Below, one piece after another: positions 54,508 to 64,000 of a DNA stretch of 64,000 nucleotides (within the stretch, counting starts at the first letter, position 1; every line of letters starts with the position of its first letter). The translations under genes and the position numbers were made by a program. The notes below the pieces were generated by a model. That model made no database searches. It saw only the letters and a program-made list of their open reading frames with translations, and had not been told where the DNA came from. This DNA is from Octopus vulgaris. Taxonomy: Eukaryota. The stretch is from assembly GCA_951406725.2 (NCBI GenBank), contig OX597818.1, positions 8,432,001 to 8,496,000 on the forward strand. The letters are read 5' to 3'.

Positions 54508-54681
54508 TGCCGGCCAAGTAGTGTGGAGCGACTGACTTCCCTTTGTTCAAAGGTTATATGGATACAGTTTGTGTATCAAATAGCTAACTTAAGGCGATGG
54601 CCTCATGGAGCTAATAAGCGGACAGCTTTATTCTTATTTTTATAAGAATGCCATATTAGTATGGCGATAACTAATATTATA

Positions 54682-54726
<45 letters not shown>

Positions 54727-56129
54727 AATGAGATCCCGAACAGGACGAATGTATAGACTTCAACGCATTGAAATGACTATAAGTTTTTAGTGTACATCTG
54801 CGTTAGTACAAAAACCCACATGGCCTAAAATTCCTAGAACCAGACTGAGATTCCTGTCTAAGGAGAATTTGGTGCTAGGTACAGGAACATACCCGTGAGA
54901 GGAAGGAAATGTATGGCCTGATCTCTACCCTCAGTGCAGTGTCCCTCGACATGCTAATGCCCCTGATTTGTGCACACCATTTCAGGGATCAAATGGCCCC
55001 CAGCACACAAGAAGAATGAATGACAGCTGCTTGCACTAGATGTGCACAAGATATTACATTCAACGATGAATTGCGACACAAACATCCGACCGAAAGCAAG
55101 GAGAAACGTAAAATCCTGAATTCGATCAGAGGCATTTCTTCTCAACTGTTTATGGTTTTAAGGTGCTTTACCACCAATCGTTATGACGGAGTCATCCCCA
55201 AGCGCTATATATCAGTGAACCGGCAAACTAACAAAGCACACATATTGAGTTTGCATGGTTGATAAAGCTTATAACACTAGCGCTTCTATTATTTTGTTAA
55301 TGAATGTTTACGCGGGTTTTCTGTGTATGCGTGCGTGTGTGAATGTATGTTTGTGGAAGCATATATGTATATAAATAGAAAAGATTAAGGAGATACTATG
55401 ATGAAAATAGTCGCTATTGGCAAAATCCACTCATGATGTGACAGCTATATAATACAATTCAGATATAGTTGAAATTCAATAAACTTTGTTATATTCACCA
55501 ATAAAAGACACTCACATACATGTGTGTGTGTGTATTTGAGTATCTATGTGTAAAGAGTGAGAAGGAAAGAGAGAGTGTGTGTGCGCGAAAGAGTGAGACA
55601 TAGAGAAATTTAATGTCTTCCATTTTAGCATTTCATGTCTCCGTATATAAAGGATTCCTTTCGCATGAACATTCTTTTAGATCAAAGGATTTGATTTGAT
55701 GAATTGAAACAAATACTGTGTACACAGACAGACTTCCAAGCTTGCATGAATCTATTTTATTTTGTTCATCTCTTTCGAAATTGTCCATCGTTGTGTCCAG
55801 ATCTTTTGTGATAATCAAATGAAATGTTCAGTTATTAGAATTTTAAAATATTGTAATGTTAATTTTGACTCTAGGATATGTTTGTAGTTACATGAATAAA
55901 ATGTAATAGATCTATCGTTGAAATTGCCATATGTGTATATGTATGTCCTCCCGGAAGTCTGTAGTGCATATCTGCTTAACTCTCTTCTATTGTTTCAATG
56001 TAAGGGAGAGGATATATAGACAGTGAGGAAGAAAAATGTTTGTGAAATACAAGAAGAAAAGATGTATAAAACCGGGACAAAAAAGATGCGAAATGAAGAA
56101 GCACAAATATACCAAAAAAAAAGTACGGT

Positions 56130-56160
<31 letters not shown>

Positions 56161-57495
56161 GGAGAGGGAGAGAGGAAGAAAGATTGAAAGAAAGAAGGTG
56201 TCGGCATACACCAATAACTTTGTCTAAAAGCATATAAGCTCACCCTAATATCGCTGTTACATATGTGCATGCAGGTGTATGCGTGTGCAATAAAAATGTA
56301 TAATGCAACATATACAGTAGAAAGAAAAGAATGAAAGTGAAGAAGATTAAAAAAGAAAACTTGTAATTTTCCTTAACGTTACCGCAACAAATACCAGTTC
56401 TATAACCGATACTACGTGCACTCCTGCCTTCATAATATATATTCATTTTGAGTTTATCATTCTGATTTTTATGATGGATATAGCAGTTCTGTTCAGGTTT
56501 GTGTTGATAGTCACACTGGTAGTAGTTATTGCAGTAGTACTCACTGTAATAACTGTTTAATAATAGTTCTAGAACCAGTGGAGCTATAGTGGATGGTGTT
56601 TGAAGCAGTTTTGCCGAAGATGGCAGCAGAGCTTATGATTGTCAGTAGAGATAGTGATAGATATAGAAGTATTAAAGTGGTGATTTTGGTAATGCAGTCT
56701 ATAGTTATGGCAATGGTAATATAAGTGGTGCTGGTGGTTCTTTCTTGCACAAACATTCTGAAAAGGAGTGGCCGTCTTTTTGTTACTTCTTCTATGGTTA
56801 TATCAGTGCTAGTTTGCTAAATATGACGATATTCATAGCAGAAGTGGTAGTAGTGATGCTAGAGATTGGAATAGGTATATTCGTATTAAAAATGTTCGTA
56901 TAAATGAGGATACTTGTAGGGGTAATTCGTAGAACAAGTAATATCTTGTCCATATTACGTAATGGTGTTCATCAGGTTAAATGATGGGGACAGACTTCAT
57001 AGCTATCGTGACGGGACTAATTCTGGCAGCTGCAATATTAGTGGGATTCATCGATTTATTTGTTTTGATGTCATTGATAATTGTGCACATGAACTACTTC
57101 CGATATTGTTTTGATAATGTTTATGAAACACTGGGTTCAAATTTTGGCACGAGGCAAATTTCAGAGGACTAAGTTGATTACAACGACACTTGTGCTTAAC
57201 TAGTTCTTCAACCTCGGTGAAATTTGATCTCAGAAATTAAAGACGGACGAAGTGCCACTAAGCATTATGCCCGGCGTACTGACGATTCTGCCAGCTCTCC
57301 GCTTTATGTCTGTAAAATAATAGTCACTGCAATGGCAATTTAGTAATGTTAGATGTCAATGTCTGCGGAAGGCATCATCATCTACTCTCGCATCTGTAGA
57401 GGCAGAGAAGGATCAAAAATGTTTGGAAGATCATGCTTATTTTTGTAATACACGAAACAGAATGTCCTGTGGAGTAGTAGTAGTAGTAATAATAA

Positions 57496-57545
<50 letters not shown>

Positions 57546-57632
57546 ATAGCGGCAGCAGCAACAGCGGTGGTGGTGGTGGTGGTGGTGGTAGTGGTACTAG
57601 TAGCAACATCAGTGATCTTAGTAGTGGTGGTG

Positions 57633-57677
<45 letters not shown>

Positions 57678-57928
57678 ATAGTTGTGGAGGGAAGAACAGA
57701 AGATGCAGAAGGTAAGGAGCAAGAAAGAGGAAGACGAGGAAGGCGAGCTGCAGTAGAACAGCGACCGAATTTGTGTTATTACTGGACATGGTGATGAATC
57801 CAATCTCTTCATCACTGAAAAAACCTTTTCTAAGACAGTTATTTTTATCAACACAGTAACTATAACCCAGTGGGTCATTTTCGGGGCAGCTGACCATTTA
57901 ACATACTACTGCCATGGCACTCCCACAT

Positions 57929-58025
57929 TCTTCTTCTTCTTCTTCTTCTTCTTCTTCTTCTTCTTCTTCTTCTTCTTCTTCTTCTTCTTCTTCTTCTTCT
58001 TCTTCTTCTTCTTCTTCTTCTTCTT
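57929..58025. repeat. (TTC)n microsatellite; compound (GTA/GTG)n at 57473-57680
   Basis: Direct inspection. Confidence 0.99.
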
Positions 58026-58624
58026 GCTAGGTATCTTGCTAGATATCAAGGGTTCACAAGAGTAAACAAGATAGACAGAGACAGGCAGAGACAAGGAAAA
58101 TGCCACTTGTATTTGAACACTATGCAAATATGCTTTTAAAAAAACTTTTCTTTTAATTTTTCGAAATTTATTTGCTTTCCATATTTACAGTTGAAAAAGT
58201 CTCAATGACTAAAACCGGAATTGAAATGTATTTTTTATAAATTTTTTTAGCATTTTCTATCTGGACTTTTTTCCACATATATTAACTCGTGTGTTCCTTT
58301 TCAAACTTCTACATCCCTGTCACAACCTGGGACCTTGAAGACAGCTTAAATGCAAGAACGTATACTAGTCCCTTAATATTTAATAGTCAATATTTCATCT
58401 ATTCAATAAGACAATCAATACTTAACTTCATTTTACTATATATACTATATATACTACATATTCTATATCCTATATTACTATTATAAGAATATAAATGAAA
58501 CATACAAAACAGAGTTGGAATCTCTTTGAATAATATATATATATATATATATATATTTGGTTTTGGGATTTGATTCGCAAGATTCTTTATGTGAGTTCGT
58601 GTTTTGAAGCATATTCTGTTGTGT

Positions 58625-59386
58625 CTGGTAAAATCTCCACTTTTTCTTATTTTTATTTTCCTAAAATTTTCGTTGCATCTTGCAACCTTTTCAATAGTTT
58701 TGATTCTGTCCATTATTTACACAACGTTCCCTTTTGTTTGTTTGTGCCCATGTGTGTGGGTCAGTGTTTGTGTGTGTGTGCCTATAAATACATGCTTGTA
58801 CGTATGTATGTATGTGTGTGTCTGCATGTGTATGTATATGTGTGTTTATGCATATGTATATATGCATGTATGTGTGTGCATCTGTATGTACGTATCCTAG
58901 GTACATAAGCTATAAGAACATACACATATGGAGACACGGATCCACACATATAAAGATGCACATCCATACATACAAACATGGTACATAGTTGCATAACAAA
59001 CACAGAGACATGCACAAACAAGGACACAGAGGTGCATACATATACACACACATACTCACACACATACATAGAAAATACACAAACACGGACATGCATGCAC
59101 ATAAATATGCAGGATACGTCCATACAGATGCACACACATACATACATATATACATATGCATATACACACATATATACATACACATGCAAACACACACATA
59201 CGTACATACGTACATGCATGCATGTATAGTCACACGCAAACAAACACTGACCCACACACATGCGCACAAACAAAGAAAAGGGAACGCAGTGTAAATAACG
59301 GACAGTCAAAACTATTGAAAAGTTTGCAAGACGCAACGAAAATTTTAGGACAATGAAAATAAGAGAAAAATGGAGATTCTACCGGT
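58625..59386. repeat. Inverted repeat (~265-275-bp arms, ~220-bp spacer) of a PLE-like unit with an HHR in each arm
   Basis: 58625-58888 versus 59111-59386. Confidence 0.9.
58661..58697 (-). ncRNA. Minimal hammerhead, U3-A8 variant with an extra G (mirror copy at 59312-59348, +)
   Basis: cta TTGAAAA G GTTGC aagat GCAAC GAAAA TTT tag. Confidence 0.6.
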
Positions 59387-59509
59387 GAGTGTATTATATT
59401 ATAAGGCACACAAAGAAAATGACTCTCCCCAGACACAACAGTATATATATGTTTGTGTGTGTGTGTGTATGTATATATATACATACATATATACACACAT
59501 ATAATAATG

Positions 59510-59600
<91 letters not shown>

Positions 59601-59619
59601 TAATAATAATAATAATAAA

Positions 59620-60147
59620 TGTCCTGATGCAGTACCAGGCAGTGGCTCTCGTGGCTTGTAATCTTAACTGATTGGAAGTGTTATGTACATTGTATTGTCT
59701 TGGTATAAGAGATGGGCTACAGCAAATATTCTACTCAATACCACAGATTTGCTTGTCACTTGTTTGACCTTAACTAGTTGAGCATGTCCCTTAGTGGTTG
59801 ATGATATGTGCAACTCTGATCACGAGCAGAAGTAGTGGGGGAGCATCATAGCCATGTGTTGAGGGGGATTCTTTGGGGTTTGAATAATTCTCCTCTGGAA
59901 ACATGGGTGTATGGTTCAACATCCTTAAACAACCCTTATTCAGGGACCTTTTTAGCAGAATGGGTTACTCGGCCACCTGCAAGGTCATTTCCTGTTTATC
60001 TTGGCATAAGATCTGAATGTCGCACACATATGGTTGTGATATGTGTTCCTAGTGTATCCTTATCAGGCGGGTAGTCACGATGGGTATACTGGGGTTTGTA
60101 TATTTTACCCCAGTGTCACTTTGATGACATGCACAGCTCTCTCACTC
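59620..60147 (+). mobile_element. Family D non-coding element flanked by (AAT)n on both sides
   Basis: Collinear with 43260-43840; ends ctctctcactc then (aat)n. Confidence 0.8.
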
Positions 60148-60241
<94 letters not shown>

Positions 60242-60436
60242 GGCGGCTGGAGGTGACAGCGGCTGGACGTCTTCTTCGCTGCTATGACCTGTCAGCAGCT
60301 GAAGACACACAAACACTAATACAACCCAGCAGGACAAATGAAAAAACGCTCTAAAAGACTGGAATATCTACAGTTTCTTGTGAGTATTTTGAATTTCCTT
60401 CAAAATTAATCTTAAAATATTTAAAAGTTAAGGAAC

Positions 60437-60536
60437 NNNNNNNNNNNNNNNNNNNNNNNNNNNNNNNNNNNNNNNNNNNNNNNNNNNNNNNNNNNNNNNN
60501 NNNNNNNNNNNNNNNNNNNNNNNNNNNNNNNNNNNN
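60437..60536. other. Assembly gap (100 N)
   Basis: Run of N. Confidence 1.
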
Positions 60537-60656
60537 ATCATATTGCATAGCTTTGTTGCTTATTTTGATTTTAATCCCCTTATTGTGAAATTGTATGGAT
60601 AATATCTTACTAAATTCTGGTTCCTCAACTTAAGTACCATATTCATCTGAATCTAA

Positions 60657-60708
<52 letters not shown>

Positions 60709-61559
60709 TTCTATCCTTCTACTTGTTTCAGTCAGTTGACTGCAGCCGTATCTAGATAGATAGATAGATACATACATACATAGATAGATATATAGGCAGA
60801 TATATAGATAAATACATGTACATACATGCCTGCATGCATGCATACACACATATATACATACCATACATACATACATTCGTACATACATAGACACTGGTGT
60901 AGATGCAAGTTTGCTACATGTATATCAAAGTTGGGATGAATGTAATGATTTAATGGGATTTCAACGATTTTCGCGTAGCTTGTCTCCTTCAATCAATTGT
61001 ATTCATTAGTGGGTCAATTATGACGATGGAAAATGATATTTTCTTTCTTTCAATGTAGTCATGAGTAAAGGGAGATCATTAATCTCTCTTTCTTGAAAAT
61101 TTAGATATTATATTCAGTAACAATACAAACGACGAGGTTAGCGGCCGCACAGGTATCTACGAAGATATTAGTAAAATAATTAGCTTTAAGTAGATGTGAT
61201 TTAGTAACAAGAGGATAAATACCAATAATAGTGATTTGGGTGGATTTCAAATCATTTTTGTTGTTAATGCCGTTGAGATATTCAATGTTAACTGTCACTA
61301 ATTCGGTTCATGCTCAGGTTATATTATAATAAAAGATCCCGAACGCCTCATAAAATTATAGTTCCTAAACTCTGCAATTGATAAGTGTAAGAAATCTTGG
61401 GATTTATATTTTAATGTTTAATTTATATGAAGTTTTGTATTTGTAGTATTTTGGAGTCATTTGTAAAAGTAAATTGTTCTTTGTCTTGCTGGATATTGGC
61501 CTGCTTTATTGACTTTAGTCGAAAACTACAATTGCTTGTTATCTGAGGAAATATAGATT

Positions 61560-62640
61560 TATCAGTTGCTGAAGGTTGTTAGATTCATGTCCCAAGAGGC
61601 TGGAATCTGTTGTAGACTTACATATGCCTGTGCATGGTGAAACAAAGCGCTATGTTTCGATTCAGAACCTCTAACTGACGGGCTCTTGATTTGAAATCAA
61701 ATTTCTTTTCTACGAATGTCGGCTGAAAACTTACCCCTATGGAATGTAATAAAATGAGTTTTATTTTTCAACATAGCCTTCCCAACGGTCGACAAATTTC
61801 TTCTGTCGATGTTGCTGTACTTGGATCCCATTGGTGTGGAAGCTTTCCTCCTGTCAGTCAAAACTGTCATTGATATATCGTAGTCATCACTACGATACTG
61901 GTTCCCAGCCAAGTGTTGTTCCTTGTTAGACAATAGATAATAATGAAATTGGGCCAAATCAGCAAATAGGGAGGGGATCAACTGTTTCTAATCCACGGTC
62001 TCATACAGCAACTATCGAAACCAGGTGTTGTGTGCTGAATCATTGTCCTTATAAAATAAGATACTTTCATCAGTTTTCCTGACCGTTTGATCGTGAAAGA
62101 CTCTCATAACTTTCCTCAGGAGGTTGGCATATTACTCTCCATGCTTGTTGCGACTCTTCTGAAGAAAGCCAATAAATATAATGCATTTTGAATCTCAAAA
62201 AATAGAGGCCATCACCTTTCTTGCGAATGGAAAGACCATGGCTTTTTGAGAACAGGTAATGAAATGTATTTCCCTTCTATGATTTGTTTCTTTTTCTCAG
62301 GCACAAAGTCTTAAACCCAGCACTGGTACTGGATTAGCAAACGTTGAAAGAAAACAGCTGGATTTGCCTCAATGTCAGAGTTTCCCGTGAAGTGACCAGT
62401 GTAGTGCTCTTTGAGGATGTATCAGAAAACGTGGCAACTACTGACCGGAAACTTTGGCCATGGGAAGTTGATTGAATAGAATAACACTGGCTATTTGATT
62501 GATAGTCAGCCGCCTGTCACCCATCAACATGCAAGGTTTCACACCTCTGGAACGACTCTGAACGTTTCAACCTATGAAAATTTCAATCTACCCTCGTATA
62601 CTATTCCGATATGCGCATTTTTGATATTCTTATGACATAC
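61560..62640 (-). mobile_element. Decayed mariner transposase
   Basis: MLMGDRRLTINQIA...MAKVSG; ADLAQFHYYLL (PDLAPSDY-like); LAGNQYRSDD. Confidence 0.7.
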
Positions 62641-62826
62641 TTTTTACGATAAAAACAAGGAAATATTCCATGGTCTTTAATGCTGTTGGAAACGTTGGTT
62701 AAATCGGTAATTCTTAAATCGTATCTTCTTTGAAATCAAGCTGAATTAATCTCGATAAAATATAATTATAGATACTCTGTATCTGAATAAAATATGAAAT
62801 CGCTATAAGTGGAATATCTTCATGGC

Positions 62827-62945
62827 TTTGTTTGTTACATGACGGTAAACTACACTTTAAACAACAACAGCAGTAGCAACATAATTTGTTTGTTACATGA
62901 CGGTAAACTACACTTTAAACAACAACAGCAGTAGCAACATAATTG
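62827..62945. repeat. Perfect 58-bp tandem duplication
   Basis: tttgtttgttacatgacgg...gcaacataa x2. Confidence 0.95.
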
Positions 62946-63789
62946 TTGCTCACCTATAAATGTGGCTAGCATTTAGAGAAAAGAAAATTCACTTATTTTA
63001 ATTCCATAATGATTATAAAATTTCATGTTCTAATTATAAGTCTGACAGATGAAACAAATAAAGAAGCAAACAAACACAAAGAATCAAAATTAGGAAAGAA
63101 ATAGTAGATTTTTATAAATAAACATGTTTTCTATCAAATAACATCATAGTTTATAAAACAAATTGTATTAAAGAGCTTTTAGAAGATTGGAAGCTAAACA
63201 TTAAACAAATGAAAGAATTAACTGAGAATTAGTCTTGAAAATATCTTTTGAAGTAAATTAATAATTTTCTGGGTGTATACAGTGGCATGAGTCCATTCAT
63301 ATATTAGGATGGCAGTGGGTGGTATATGAGACAATTGGTGGAATCTTGTAGAAGGTGTATAAAAAAAAAGAGTTGTGTCTACTTATGTACCGACTTCCGA
63401 TTTGTCATCAGATGTGTTCGACTTAGATTCTTTCCAATTCGATGAATTAAATACGAGTTAAAATGCATGTGAATGGATGGTAGAAATGTTTTCGACGACA
63501 TACTATCTGAACAAAAAAACTGGTTTTGAGCACAATTCTATAAGATAACATTTTGGCACAGGTGTATACACGGACTGAATGCGGCAATATACCTATATAT
63601 TTGTTTGATAGTACTGTTAGATGTAAGCATATAACACAGTCCTATCTACTCATGATCCAGAGGTCACCAGCTAAAGTGCTCCCAATGATTGGTTTGCACG
63701 GTGCAAACTTTGCGCGAACGGCCTGCAATAGTTAAATAAGGTGAAAGGCGAACAAACTTCTAGAGAAGTAAATTCATCCATGTACGGGG

Positions 63790-64000
63790 TGCCATAAAGG
63801 TAAAAAGCAAACCGACTCATAAGGGCCAGCTTGTTGGTTTCATAGCGTATATATTCACCACCTGGTGTAGAGGTCGGTCAACCGCAGGATTACTAATTGT
63901 TGCCTGCTGGGTGGACTGGAGTAAAATGAGATGAAGTATTTTGATCAAGAACACAACGCGTCGCCCAGTCGAGGAATCAAAATCACAACCTCATAATCAT
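63790..64000 (-). mobile_element. SINE (family C), runs off the window
   Basis: B-box-like ttgattcctc on the minus strand; similar to 39270-39520. Confidence 0.55.

Larger units (their letters stand above)
53691..54679. repeat. Retrozyme-like array: 355-bp unit plus partial (minus strand), then 364-bp unit plus partial (plus strand), inside (TA)n
   Basis: Period 355 (53691/54046); inversion point near 54133; period 364 (54138/54502); copies differ by a 9-nt indel and a few SNPs. Confidence 0.95.

Noticed and set aside
57790-57820. gtgatga...ctga, C/D-box-like hairpin
   Set aside because: Far too short for a snoRNA.

Overview
AT-rich eukaryotic (metazoan) repetitive DNA, probably intronic or intergenic. 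The mix of (TA)n/(AAT)n microsatellites, tRNA-derived SINEs, Dong/R4, RTE, CR1-like and Tx1-like LINEs, Penelope-like elements (PLEs), Helitrons and mariners suggests a cephalopod such as Octopus (inference). No host protein-coding exon could be supported, and most ORFs in the track are microsatellite artefacts. The only long intact frame is a 5'-truncated Dong/R4 RT-RLE ORF (46788-49823) inside (AAT)n. The main hidden signal is RNA-structural. About eight apparently different short repeat families carry minimal type-I hammerhead ribozyme (HHR) motifs, most in tandem or inverted arrays and usually next to (TA)n tracts. Across families the tertiary 3-8 pair covaries as C-G, U-A and G-C, and helix III is usually palindromic (dimer-type). 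Highlights: a 364-nt retrozyme-like array with an intact HHR (53691-54679), a 492-nt tandem array whose HHR has a long G-U-rich stem II insertion (15446-16565), a tRNA-head+(AAT)n+HHR composite element (34738-35447), and an HHR-headed element with an RTE LINE tail (15113-15416). All calls were made by eye; no searches or folding programs were run.
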